This document shows, piece after piece, positions 12,713 to 25,205 of a DNA stretch of 64,000 bases. Every line of letters begins with the position of its first letter. The stretch's first letter is position 1. The stretch covers positions 105,772,001-105,836,000 of the forward strand of contig OX597816.1 of the NCBI GenBank assembly GCA_951406725.2, in the 5' to 3' direction. The stretch comes from Octopus vulgaris. Its lineage: Eukaryota. The notes beneath the pieces are model-generated. The model saw only the letters and a program-made list of their open reading frames with translations. It did no database searches and was not told the DNA's origin. The translations under genes and the position numbers were made by a program.

Positions 12713-14052
12713 GAGAGGCTACCACCTCCAGCATGTGTGACTAAGTAAAACAGTCATGAACAAGCTGTACCCCAATGGGCTGAATGCAGCCTGTTTGACT
12801 TTCTGAATAGCATGCCTAATTTCATAAGGAAAATAACATTGGTAACAATTTTGTTAGTTTTGTTTGATTCTCACATGTTCAGTAATGCTTTCTCTCTCTC
12901 ACTCAAAGAAGTTTGCAGAAGCTGGTGTCAAAGGGGACTAACTGTTAAATGCCCAACTAACCTCAGTTGCTATAAATGCCTGTTGTGTTATGGACACTCC
13001 AAACAGAAAAATATAAATATTTGCCGGTGTCAGTCATCTGTATAATTTTTAACATGCCTCAGAGTCAATTCGCAACTATTCAAACATCCAAAAGCCTTAA
13101 ATTGCATTCTCTACTTGAAACACTATATAAAAGAATGAAAATTATTGATATAATGTTCAAATTTCTGTTTCTACCACTTATGATGAATTGTTGTGATAAT
13201 TCAGCTTCAGTAACTGAACCTGCATGTCATATACTGCTGTAAGGCAAGATTGACAAAGTGCAAGTGTGCAAAGCTATGCTACACAGTATGTACATATACT
13301 TACAGTCATTGAATTATTGGAACAAGTCATTTTATGTGGTAAAAGCACAAAGAAATTGAACATTAAATCAATAACATATTTTAAATTTTTTAAATTTTGA
13401 TATCACAACTCATGGTTTCATCTAAAAAAAAGGGGCGGGGGGAGATTTCTGAAGAAATGAAAAAAATTGCAGAAAAAGTGAACAAATGATTACTCCTTAG
13501 TTGAAGGAGGGGGAAATAATAAAACAAACCAATATGTTTAATTTGTTATGAATCCATCTGCACTTTTAAAAAATTTAACATAAAGCACCATTATTCTGCA
13601 AAATATTCAAGGTATAATAAATTTAAAGGAAATATTAGTAAACAAAATATTGAAACCCTCAAGAGATCGGTACCCTAAATACACTCTTTTCCAAAAGATA
13701 GGCAGAACTCAAAGAAATTGCACATGTAAGCTGTTGTTAGGTGAAAGAATGCTAGACATTGAAAAAAAATATACTAACAGGGAATTAGTAAAAGAATGCC
13801 CTTTGGCAGTGGTTGAACTTCTCTGTCCAGAAAAGTAAAATTTGTTTGACTAGCTTAAGTTGTCTAGAAGGACAATAATAAGATGAGTTGAAGAAATTAC
13901 AGCAATTATCAAGACTACACAGTCAAAATAAAAATAGAATAGAATTTCATTCTTTTTCATTGGCTATTGATGAAAGCACAGATAAATCTGATTTGGCTCA
14001 ACTGTTGATTTTCATACACAATATTGATAAATCATTTAATATCACTTATTGT

Positions 14053-14420
14053 TCAGACAAGGAAAGAAATTTACATTATTTACGGATATTTGTCCTCATC
14101 CTGTTTGTTGTTATCACAATGTTTCGGCTGATATACCCCCCAGTCTTCATCAGGTGTCATGGGGAAATTTCAAACCTGGGATCGCATTCCTAAGGTATTT
14201 TTCAATGTTGTAGTTGTTGCACTTGGACATCTTCCTGGTGGGGCCAGAGTATAAAGGTGTCATCAAAATATCGCAGCCATAGGCTTGGTTTTAGTGGTGT
14301 TGATCTTAAAGCCAAATTCTCAAAGTATTCCATGCATATATTGGCTACAATTGGTGAACCAATAGCTAAACCCTCTTCTTGTCTCTATACAGTGTCCATA
14401 CTGAAATAGGTATATATCAG
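14053..14420 (-). mobile_element. Penelope-like element fragment (RT piece plus 3' pLTR) inserted in the hAT
   Basis: Minus strand ~14210-14410 encodes QEEGLAIGSPIVANICMEYFENLALRSTPLKPSLWLRYFDDTFILWPH (PLE RT motifs), followed on the same strand by a hammerhead-containing end. Confidence 0.85.
14113..14158 (-). ncRNA. Minimal type I hammerhead ribozyme motif (decayed)
   Basis: gacac CTGATGA a gactg gggggtatat cagcc GAAA catt gtgat: core boxes, imperfect stem II and stem I present; stem III tetramer is ACAT instead of palindromic ACGT. Confidence 0.7.
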
Positions 14421-15535
14421 TATGGACATAATTCTCAAAGAAAATTTATGTGCAAAGTGTGTAAAATTGAAAAATGTTATGCATGCAGTTGTTTCAAGCA
14501 TAAATTTAATAAAATTCTGAGCACTTAACCATCACCAATTTAAAGAGTTCTTAGTAGAACTTGAATCAGAGTATGACTATCTGGTTTACTACTGTGTAAT
14601 TGACTGGCTAAGCAAAGGAAAGATGCTTCAACAGTTTTATACCTTCAGAGAAGAGGTATGCACCTTCTTAGAAATGAAGAGTAAAGTTGTCCTCAAGCTG
14701 AAGTATAACTGGATTGGTAACCTTGCATAGATATCACTATCCATTTAAATTATCTTGAAACAAAACTTGAAATTTGAGGGAATCAACTCAGGATAAATGT
14801 CACTTTTCATTTCCCCACACTAGACAGTCACAGGGTGTCTGGACACAATGGTTTTTCTGTGGAATTAAGGGAGTTAAAAAAAAAATGTGTAAACCAGATT
14901 TAAGGACTTCAAAGCTAGAGAAACTGATTTTAAATTTTGTGGGAAACCATTTAATGTCAATGTTGAAAAAATAGTATGAAAGGAACAGCAAAGAGAAATA
15001 CTTAAACTTATGATGAATTTAGTGGTAAAAATTTATTGACAAATGTTTACTGGAATGTTATGGAACTTTTCCTGAAGGAAACTACATGAAAATAGTGTGC
15101 TTTCCTAGAAATTATGTCTCTCTGTTTGGTATATGTGTTGTTTGTATAAATGTGAACAACCTTTTACTAGAATGAAAATAATAGGTCAAAACTGATAGAC
15201 ATTTAACTCAAAAGACAACTTATGAGTTGCAACATTGAAAATATCTGTAAATATTGAAAATGTTGTGAAAAAAAAAAAGTACAATAATGCTAAGCTTCTC
15301 ACCAAATAATAAAATGTTTCTTGTCTGTATTTTGATGAACTGTGTTTCAGTCATTGTGAGAGTTTTAGTCAGACTATTTTCCTCATCTGTGTTGATCATT
15401 TTTGTTATCATCACATTTCAGTCATTATGCTCTGCACAACTTGTCTGGTCATGTTAATTTGCTTTTCAATTTCTTTTTCATGAAGTTGCTTCTCTTCAAT
15501 CAGGTTACCATTTCCACCCTGGTACCATAACTTCA

Positions 15536-15756
15536 CCCTTTAGTATTCAAATTATTTTGTCATATATATATGCTTATTTATTTCCATTGTTTTGAATTAA
15601 TCAAGTGTTAGCCCATAAATTCAAAATTTCAATAATGCGGTTGTTTATTTTTAGAAATATATCGTAGCATAGGTGTGAGTGGCTGTATCTGGCCAGTTTA
15701 AACATAAAACAAGTAGAATATTTGGGCTGGATATGGCCAGTTTAAATACTAAAGGC
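15536..15756. mobile_element. piggyBac-type MITE
   Basis: CCCTTTAGTATT...AATACTAAAGGC ends with TTCA/TTAA flanks; homologous to 39138-39356. Confidence 0.75.
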
Positions 15757-15915
15757 TTAAAACTGTTTGACTAAACCAGACATAATGATTAAGTACAGTG
15801 TTTCTTGAATTTTAACTTTTCAAGAAAAGTAATGCTTTCAGTATTTAAATCACTGGTAATCATCACAAAGGAAGCTCATATGTATAAACATCTTTTGCTT
15901 TACAAATGGGAAACA

Positions 15916-16160
15916 TTCATCATTATTATTATCATTGTTTAACATCCGCTTTCCATGCTGCCATGGGTTGGATGATTTGACTGAGGACTGGCAAGCCAGG
16001 AGGTTGCACCATGCTCCAATCTGACCTAGAAAGGTTTCTATAGCTGAATGCCCTTCATAATGCAAACCACTCCAAGAGTGTAGTGGGTGCTTTTTACATT
16101 CTACCAGTACGGGGAGGGGGCAGTCAGGCAGCACTAGCATTGACCACGCTTGAATGGCAA
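15916..16160 (-). mobile_element. RTE LINE 3' UTR fragment
   Basis: tttaacatccgctttccatgctgccatgggttgg...aaccactccaagagtgtagtgggtgc matches 57088-57672 and 63352-63930. Confidence 0.8.
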
Positions 16161-16464
16161 TAAAAACTGAAGACAAAATTTTTTCTGTACCAAAAACAAG
16201 GCATGCATGCACACACACACACAGAATTTTGTGTGTGTGGGTGTGTATCTATCTATGTACAGAGGAGTAGAAAAAAGATATACTGTTAGTTTTGTTTATG
16301 GGTAATATTTTAGAATCATCACAGCAGAGTGCTGTGATGATTCCAAAATACAAGCTGTAAGGAACTATGTTTGATTTTTGCAGATAATAAAGGTGCATAG
16401 ATTATGAATTTTGATTGAAGAGAGGAGGCCTTGAAACAAGAAGCTGCAGGGGCTTCTAAAAGTC

Positions 16465-16597
16465 ATGTGACAGCACTGCCTTCATCTATCACCTGGTTGA
16501 CTATACAGGTGACTAGACTATAGCCTACACCACCAGATATTTTAAACATCTCAGCAGTGATTCCTGATGGGCCAGGAGATTTCTGTGTCTTCATAAT
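16465..16597 (-). pseudogene. RTE-clade reverse transcriptase fragment
   Basis: MKTQKSPGPSGITAEMFKISGGVGYSLVTCIVNQVIDEG matches the KAPGPxGIxAEM motif upstream of LINE RT domain 1. Confidence 0.7.
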
Positions 16598-16704
16598 GAT
16601 TTTATTTTCTCTAAAGAAATATATTATTTCTTTTAGAAAAATATCTTTTACAATCAAATGAATAAATTAGAAACAAATCTTACTACTTTTATGTATATTT
16701 TCAT

Positions 16705-16920
16705 ATTGGTTTAAAATTTTTGCACAAGACCAGCAATTTTAGGAATGGGGCTAGTTGATTACATCAACCCCCATGCTCAACTGGTACTTATTTTATTGAC
16801 CCCAAAAGAATGAAAGGCAAAGTCAATCTTGACACAATTTGAACTCAGAACATAAAGACAGACAAAATACTACTAAGCATTTTGCCTGGCATGCTAACAA
16901 TTATGCCAGCTCACCACCTA
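16705..16920 (-). mobile_element. SINE family C (Meta/MESC-like core)
   Basis: actggtactta...gaaaggcaaagtcaa...atttgaactcagaac matches the copies at 21010-22110 and 37135-37365. Confidence 0.8.
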
Positions 16921-18936
16921 ATATACATTTTCATATTAACACTATATTTCAATGGTCAGATTGTTAAATGTGCACATGGATTAAAAAAAAATAGTTTTAG
17001 TAAAATTTTGATACATGGATTATAATATATTGATTTTTCAAGGGTTCATGTTTTTTCTTTCAATTGATTCATAATAAAGCATGGTAGAAGTGTGTGGTAA
17101 TCTCACTATCATCTTTGATAGTATTATACCAAGACCTCAGTTTTTTAAATATAGATAAAAATCTAGAGTCTTTTCACAAAAGAAAAATATCAACTTTTCC
17201 CTATTTCTAAGGCAAATGCTTATACATATGGCCTCAAGTAGTGAAGATGGTGAGGCACCTCAAAATAATTTAGTAGTGCAGCTCACCTTATGATGAGCCC
17301 ATATCGCATGTGGCCCACTGTTCAATAAAGGTTCTCTATGGCTGATGTAGAGGCTTTCTCATTAGAATAAGGAGGTTTTTTAAAAAAAAAGAAACATTTT
17401 TTTTAATGCTTCCCTGCACTGAATGTACAAGATAGTGCTGTTAGGATAGTGGTGTAGTTATTTTGCAGGTTGAGTGAGTGGGACTGATAGTACTGTTAGG
17501 ATAATGTTATAGCAATGTTTTGTGTTCCTACTAAATATATATGTATGTGTACCAATATAAATATATATGTATGAATGTATGTATGCATCTATGCATATAA
17601 AGTAGAGAGAGAGAGAAAGAGATGGATGCATATATACATATATTACTTACATTACTTCAAATGCAAGAGCTAGATTTTTCAGTTCAGTGTATAGACTTTT
17701 TGTCATTTTAAATGATTATAACATAAAACAACAGAACCATATGAATTCAATTATATAACTACATAAAAATGGCCATGCAGTTCGTCAACTGCATTTCCAT
17801 CATTAAAATGTTCAGAATGTTTTCTAATGGAATATTCTATACAACCACTTTTTTTACACATTTCTTTTGACTTGCTGGTTTTATTAATGTATGTATACTC
17901 CTCTTTTGTTATATTCTATTAGCATTTAAAATAACAAGAAAAATGTAAGCACTCTCCTAAACATCAAATGTTTTGATAATTGTGGATTAGCTAAGATATG
18001 TTTTGCATCCAAAAATGTTTGGCAATTGCAATCGCGTAATGATAGAGTACCTACCTTGTTCTTTTATGGTAACAGAATATATCTGCATATGACCTATGAT
18101 AGTAGATAAATAGCTGTTGCTTTAATGCAACAGACTGAAACTGCTTTATAGCAGCATTGGAGTAGATATTTGAGTAGCTTACTTAGTTCAACATGAATTA
18201 ATGCTAAGGATTATTAATTGTACATGCACCAGTGAATATGACTGAACTGCCTGCAAACTTCTTCAAGCATTTTAACAAAGAATGCTCTCATCTGTTCCTC
18301 AAAATTATAGACATTGTTCAGACATAAAAATCTGTGCTAATTTAAAAACTCAAAGAATTATGTCACAAAATTCACTCATGTATAATTAGAAGAAGAAGTT
18401 GTAATTCCAGCAACAATTCTTTGATAACAATTTCAGAATGCAACTGAGGAATTTTGATGCAGATATACTTGAAGTTCATTCAACTGGTAAGAAATATTTT
18501 CACCAAAATTATTAGCACCCAACAGGTAGTAGAATATACTGAATGAACATTTTTTTCAGACCATTAGTGAGATCTCTTTGCTGAAGACAGACACAAGATA
18601 TTAAATGAAGATTCAATGGTTTATAATGGAGATAGAACTGCAGATTTTGGAGTATAATTTGTACTCATTAAATATTAACATAATATAATATGCATATTGA
18701 TAGTGCTGTATAAAGAGTGTATTTGCAATAATTGTATGATTTATAAATCAAAATTAATAGTAAACTGATTATTTCATTCAATTTTTATATTTCAGTCAAT
18801 GTAATTGTGATGAGAAATGCCTGATATATTGATAGAATAGAGATAAATGTGAGGTACTAAAGAATTTTGTGCTAAGCCTAAGCAGAATCCTTCACTACTG
18901 ACAGTTTTTGGTCATATTGCCCAACTTAGAACAACA

Positions 18937-19110
18937 TCTCTTATATAAAATCCGTTGTCTGTCTGTGTGCCTTCTCGGATCTCGGGTATCCTCCATCCGA
19001 TTGCACTCAAATTTGATATGTAGATACCGATGGTATCAGGGTGTGTATAAGTCTTGAAAAAAATTACAAAAATCGATTTCGGGTGAGAATGCAATCGATA
19101 AAGCCGTTTT
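18937..19110 (+). mobile_element. Probable Helitron 5' end (second family)
   Basis: A|TCTCTTATATAAAA start, short (GTCT)n, then CCGATTGCACTCAAATTTG as in non-autonomous Helitron 5' regions; CpG-rich; 3' hairpin and CTAG not found. Confidence 0.5.
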
Positions 19111-21009
19111 TGTCCTGCTTTTCTTCCGTCAACCTATACATAACTGAACCTTCCATTTTTTTGTTGTTTTTGTACTGCTTAAAGGCATGTTTCTTTCCTG
19201 CAAAGCTTACTGTTTAAACCATGTTTGTGTTCTCCCAGTCAATAGCCTTATCATTACTGGTACTTTAAACTCTTCCGTTGCATGTTTGTGTGAATAAAAT
19301 AATTTTTCTTTGGAATAGAAAAAAGTCTATCTTTATTTCTTCTTTTGCTGGTGTCTTAAATTTAGGTATTCATTATATACACATCCTGAGCCAAATCCAA
19401 ATAAATCCCATTCATATTAAATTCTATATATAAAGCTGTTGAGCGATATCACCAAATCTAGATAAGAATACCAATTATTTACAAGCATTACTCTTAAAAT
19501 GATTTGAATTTAGCACTCCAATCACACTCTGGCTCCAGTTTTCTAGTGGCTAGGTATAGCCTCTCATACTAGCTGATTACATCTATATGTTTAGGCCTCT
19601 CAGCATTAATTCTCTTAGCAACAGACTTTGAGAAATTATAAAATATGAGTCATAACCCTTTAGCAAGCAGGTCTCAGTAAATCATGATATTGGAAGTCAA
19701 GCTAGTAAAATATTATAGATTTTTCTTGTTTGGAAAATATGAATGAAAGAAAAGTAGAAAAGACAAAACAGAAAAGGATAAATATTTTCTAGAATGGAAA
19801 TTAGAATTTTCAAAAGTAATTATTTATGTCAAAACTAGTATTTCCTCAAGTATTGAGAAGTGTTATGGTCAATTAGCCATGCTAAATTTTTATGTACTTG
19901 AATTCCTATTAACATTTTATTTAGATATATTTTCAATAAAATCTCACAAATGGTAAGGCTTCTTCAAAATTCCTGAATGATGATCTATGTAAATCTAATA
20001 CCTTACTTAATTTGTAAAATGTAAAAACAAAAAGGGGTTGATAAGCAAAGACTCAACCAATCCCAGTTACAAAACAAGATAGCAAAAGTGGGAAAACAAC
20101 TTATTGATATTTGCAATGTTATTCAAGGTTGATTTCCATTTATAGTATGAGGGAGAAAGGAAAAGGAATGGCCAAACAATTCCATTATCAATATCTTCAT
20201 CATTGTTGCTGCCACAATCAACAAGTTTTATACATCAAGCCAACAACAGAGCAACAAGATGGTTAATCAACCCGCATGAAATAACAGCCAAATTTCTCTT
20301 AAATAATACCCAACTGTTTTTACAAAGGAAGGATCATTGGATAATGCTGCTCAAGATAAACAAAGTCAAAAAAACAAATACAAGATGTGGAGAACCCTTT
20401 GATCAAAGGCCAGCTTGATCACACTTAACCTAGGATTAAAGAACATCAACAATTCTTATAGAGCTGGCATATCTAAAGTCCAGTTTCCTTGTCAGCCTAC
20501 CAGAAATCTGATGAGTCATGCATATATTGCTTGAATTAGCAGTTAGTACTCAGTTCTCATTGACTTTCTTCAAAGAAACTGATAGTATTTTTCTGTTCCA
20601 AATTACTGACTAACAAGTTCTTAGATTTTTTCTATACTGTCTTTTAAGTTAGATGACACATTGTAGACTTCTGGGATTGATATAAGACATTTTAGTAAGT
20701 AACAAATACTTGCTTTATGATCTTTCATTCCCTACATCACAATTTTTGTTCAAATTGATGAGCAGTTAATTTTGTCTTTCTTCCTTCCAGAATTACTGAA
20801 TGAAGTACTACAGTTATTTGAAGAACTAACAGAAGTATTGTTTTGCTTGCAGAGATTTTGTGCTTATTATAAAAAATATATAAATGAAATAAAAAATACT
20901 GCTAAACAATTTTATTATTCCATGATCAAAAAATACTACTTGCAGCACTCCGAAAAATTGATTCCCAACTTCCTCTGGAATTTTTTTTTTTTTTTTTTTT
21001 TTTTTTGAA

Positions 21010-22110
21010 ATGATAATAATAATACTTTCTACTAAAGGCACAAGGGCCGAAATTTGGGGGAAGGAAACCAGTCAATTATATCAACCCCAGTGTTCCTGGT
21101 ACTTAATTTATCGACCCCGAAAGGAAGAAAGGCAAAGTCAACCTCAGCAGAATTTGAACTCAGAATGTAAGGATGGGCAAAATGGCACTAAGCATTTTGC
21201 CCAGTGTGCTAACAATTTACCAGTTCACCATATTATTATTATTATTATTATTAATAATAATAACAATAATAATAATGATAATAGTAATAATAATAATAAT
21301 AATAATCCTTTCTACTACAGGCACAAGGCCTGAAATTTTGGGGGAGGGGTTAAGTCAATTACATCAATTCCAGTACTCAACTGGTACTTAATTTCTCAAC
21401 CCCAAAAGGATGAAAAGCAAAGTCGACCTCAGCAGAATTTGAACCCAGAACACAGAAACAAAATACCCATTTCTTTACTACCCACAAGAGACTAAACACA
21501 GAGGGAACAAACAAGGACAGACAAATGGATTAAGTCGATTACATCAACCCCAGTGCGTAACTGGTACTTATTTAATTGACCCCCGAAAGGATGAAAGGCA
21601 AAGTCAACCTCGGCGGGATTTGAACTCAGAACGTAACGGCAGACAAAATACCACTAAGCATTTCACCCAGCAAAATAACAATCATAACAATGATGATGAT
21701 GATGATGATGATGATTTTAAATTAATTTTGGTGCAATTTTAAATTAATTTTGGTGAGATTATGGGAGAGGGCGTAAATCGATTACATTGACCCCAGTGTT
21801 CAACTGGCACTTATTTTACTGCTCCCAAAAGGGTGATAGTTAAAGCTGACCTTGGTGGAATTTGAACTCAGAATGTGAATAATGATAATAATAATAATAA
21901 TACTTTCAAATTTTGGCATAAGGCCAGCAATTTCAAGTGAGGGAATAGGGAACTTGATTATTTCAACTCCAGTATTCAACTGGTACTTATTTTATTGGCC
22001 ATGCAAGGATGAAAGGCAAAGTTGTCCTCAGCAGGATTTGAACTCAGAGTGTAAGAAGATACAAAAATACCGCTAAGCATTTTGATGGATATGCTAATGG
22101 TTTTGCCAAT
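21010..22110 (-). mobile_element. Cluster of five head-to-tail family C SINEs separated mostly by (AAT)n/(GAT)n
   Basis: The block gaaaggcaaagtc-acctc-gc-gaatttgaactcagaa recurs near 21126, 21412, 21593, 21836 and 22011. Confidence 0.9.
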
Positions 22111-22129
22111 AATAACAAAAAATAACAAA

Positions 22130-22871
22130 TAAATGGCAAATATGTGACCCATCACAAACAAACTGATATTGACCATGAGTATAGCCATCATTGGCCACAA
22201 AGCTCAGGGCTAAAGGTAGAGAGTTAAAGCTTCATCTTACCTACTCAAGATCAAAGCTTATTGACGTAGGACTATCAAGCCAATGTGATGAAAAATGAAA
22301 TAGATCCAAAGTTCCGATTCTACAATGATGGGATTCAAACAGTGGACAACTTAATCTCTTGATGTCAAGTTTTAGCACCAGTAGAGTATAAATCAAGACA
22401 TGACAGAATTTACCAATATCTACACTGGTTAATATGTCAGCATTATAAAATCAAAATATTGACAAGTGGTTATAAACATCACCCTTGGTTGTAACTCAGG
22501 AAGAAAATGTAATGGTTCTTTAGAACCTTCTAGTACATATAGACAGAAATATCAAAACTAATGAACCTGAGAGCGTTGTAAAAAACTGATATAATGAAAT
22601 CTTTTTCATTGACATGAAAATCCTTTGTGATCATATTGCATCAAAAGAATTTGACAAGCTCAAAAATTATAAAGATTTGCTTACTGAAATTGAAAAAATA
22701 TGGCATCTCAAAGTGGTTACAATACCAGTGATTGTAGGAGCATTTGGAACGATAAGAAAAGAAACTGAAAATTATTTGAGAATGTTCCCTAGCTTACCAT
22801 CCCTGAAAGAAGAGAAAAAGTTTCTTTTAACTGGTACATCACATGTATGGAGAAGAGCATTGTTGCCGTGA
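22130..22871 (+). pseudogene. R4/Dong-like non-LTR retrotransposon C-terminus (zinc knuckle remnant plus restriction-like endonuclease)
   Basis: SGLKVES*SFILPTQDQSLLT, LAPVEYKSRHDRIYQYLHWLIC and KEFDKLKNYKDLLTEIEKIWHLKVVTIPVIVGAFGTI match RLE-type LINE motifs. Confidence 0.88.
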
Positions 22872-23099
22872 GAATGATCACCTTCCATGCAAATAATTTT
22901 GTTCTGCATAACTTTGATTTTGCAAATGAACAATCTGATATGTTTATTTTAATAGCCTGTTAATGTATGCAGTGAGTTTCTTTGCCCTAAACATCAAGAA
23001 AAATACTAAGCAAGGAACGGAAACAAAATTGGAGGAGGAGGAGGAGGAAAAAGAAGAAGAAGAAGAAGACGATGACGCCGCCGCCGATGATTGCTCTGA

Positions 23100-23957
23100 T
23101 GCAGTACCAGGCACTGACTCTCATGACAAATTTGCCTGCATTAAATTGCATGTTGGTTTCCTCAGCCCATTTATATATGGCATCTAGGTCTTTCTGTAGA
23201 AGATTAGCTTCAGAGGGTCCCTTGGCTGCTTGTACTACTTTTGTGCCAGCATAGCTAGTAAGTGTGGCTATCTGTGTAACTGATGGCATGTCTGAAAGAG
23301 CCACCATGAACAGTAGTGACCCCAATACAGTTCCCTGAGGCACTCCACTTTCTATTAATGTCTCTGTTGAGAGGTCTCCGTTGGCTGCTACAGCCTAGCT
23401 TCTGTCTTCTAAAAAGTCATGCAACCACTCTCCAATTTTTCTAGGTATGCCGAGTCTCCGTAGTTTGTGACATATCATCCCATGATCAACCTTATCAAAG
23501 GCCTTTGCAAAGTCAAGATATATCACATCTACACTTGAGTGATTCATTAATTATATCAACACCCAGTCATAGTGTTGCAAAGGCTGCATAAGACAGCTTC
23601 TGCGTGAGCGAAAGCCATGCTGGTTGTCAGGAAGCAAGTCATTATCTTCAAGGAATGCAATTAGTTTCCTCCTGACAATGCATTCCACGACTTTGCTGAT
23701 ATGGGAAGTTAGAGAGACAGGTCTATAATTTTTGGCATCTGCTCTGCTTCCTCCTTTATGCTTAGGGCATACAATGCCTTCCTTTAACTTTTTGGAAAGT
23801 CTCCCTGTTGTGAGGAAGCTCTGAAAGAGAATTTGAAGTGGTCTATTTTGAAGTGGTCCCATTTGCATTTCTTTACGAGGATTGCTGGAAATCTGTCAGG
23901 GCCTGTTGCTGAGTTTGAGCTCATATTATCAATGGCTGATATCACATCAGTTTCCAC
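23100..23957 (-). pseudogene. CR1-group LINE reverse transcriptase fragment
   Basis: KNYRPVSLTSHISKVVE, QHGFRSRRSC, VDVIYLDFAKAFDKVDH, SGVPQGTVLG, LQKDLDAIYKWAEETNMQFNAGK; YADD disrupted; in-frame stops. Confidence 0.92.
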
Positions 23958-24076
23958 TGATTGCTTATTTTTAGAATAACATTGTAGGTTAGGTGTGAAT
24001 AGCTGGATCTGGCCAGTTTCAATATAATACAGGTAAAATATTTGGGCTGGATATGGTTGGTTTAAATGCTAAAGGG
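23958..24076. mobile_element. Right half of piggyBac-type MITE
   Basis: Matches the 3' half of 39138-39356 and ends AAAGGG|TTAA. Confidence 0.8.
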
Positions 24077-24882
24077 TTAAACTCAAAGGGAGCTACGTAG
24101 ATCAAATTCTGAATTCAGCAGAAAAGAGTAAAACACATCAAAATGCAATGTTTAAAATCAGAATTTCAATTTTATCAATTTCTTTATTTTATAATGTTAT
24201 GGTATTTAAAGAGAAAATTTGACAATAATTACTCTTGTAATTTAATCACTGAAGTCTTTGAATTTTATCTAAATATTGTTTTCATTATCAGTTAGCAGAA
24301 GGTCAAGCCCAATTGAGAAGACCAACAATTATTGGCATGTTACCATAACCAACTTGTCTATTTATGTATCCAGAATACACTGTTCTATATGACTTGCCAT
24401 TTTATGAGAAAATACAGTGTGATTTGAGGAAGATTTCACTGCTATTTTTAGTAAGTCAAGTAAGTATATAGTCTCCTTCTCTGGCTGCCAACATTACATC
24501 ATTGTTTACCTTAGAGTAGAGAAAATATAAAGCTTTTACAATCATTTCTATGCAAGAGACAAATTTAATTCTCCTTCAATCCTTAAGTATGGTTCCCAGT
24601 CTTATTGTTAGATAAAAAGTATAGAAAAGCTAACATTAATAGAAAATAATATCATCTAAGAAATTTACTTTCCAAACATTTTTTCAATCAGAGGCCAGAA
24701 TAATAATAATAACAACAGCAGCAGCAACATCAACAGCAACAAAGGTTGTAAATGATGTGCAGTAAATAGGAAAAAATAACTAAGAGCATAAAGATGCTGA
24801 AATTTTAAGATTTATTATCTTATATTCATGTACTTCCGTGTGTAGTAATTTCATTTGTAGTGTATCTTTCTCCCAAAGTAAC

Positions 24883-25025
24883 TTGGTTCAGTGAGGACAC
24901 ATTCCATATGTCCAAGAAATAAATGCAAATAACTTTTGTGAAAAATAATACAGAATCATACTGAAAAACATAATAGACAAGCATTGAAAGGAACTTATCA
25001 ACAACAGAATCATTAAAAAAAACAT
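24883..25025 (-). CDS. Candidate internal exon (143 nt, phase 1 to 0)
   Basis: Acceptor tttgtgttttcaaacatAG, open frame (D)VFFNDSVVDKFLSML...DIWNVSSLNQ, weak donor CAA|GTTACT; an alternative acceptor gives an exon start at 24960. Confidence 0.3.
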
Positions 25026-25127
25026 CTATGTTTGAAAACACAAATATTTTTCAGTTGTAGTATCCATTCACCACCCAAATAACAACATTGTTGCTAATAA
25101 ATATGGTGTGTGTGTATATGAGTCGCA

Positions 25128-25205
<78 letters not shown>

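Larger units (their letters stand above)
13520..15275 (+). pseudogene. hAT transposase pseudogene (GTF2IRD2/SPIN/Charlie-like)
   Basis: Frames give KPICLICYESICTFKKFNIKHHY, ELVKECPLAVVELLCPEK, FSLAIDESTDKSDLAQLLIFI and ALNHHQFKEFLVELESEYDYLVYYCVIDWLSKGKMLQQF; many stops and frameshifts. Confidence 0.9.
12751..17344 (+). mobile_element. Decayed near-full-length hAT transposon (Charlie/Buster type) with nested insertions
   Basis: Left end CAGTCATGAACAA and right end TTCTCTATGGCTG form imperfect TIRs. Flanking 8-mers AAGTAAAA and ATGTAGAG match 5/8 and both fit nnnTAnnn. Transposase remnant inside. Confidence 0.65.

Noticed and set aside
17960-19620. Faint Tigger/pogo DDE-like motifs on both strands
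   Set aside because: Too degraded to align by eye, and the orientations are inconsistent.
20508-20545. CTGATGA occurrences here and near 5641, 10261, 30241, 35450, 45266 and 59204
   Set aside because: No stem II followed by GAAA; expected by chance.
20772-21008. Plus-strand exon-like frame ELLNEVLQLFEELTEVL after a good acceptor
   Set aside because: No donor before it runs into poly-T; the peptide also resembles the hAT LxPFxExT motif, so a transposase relic is as likely.
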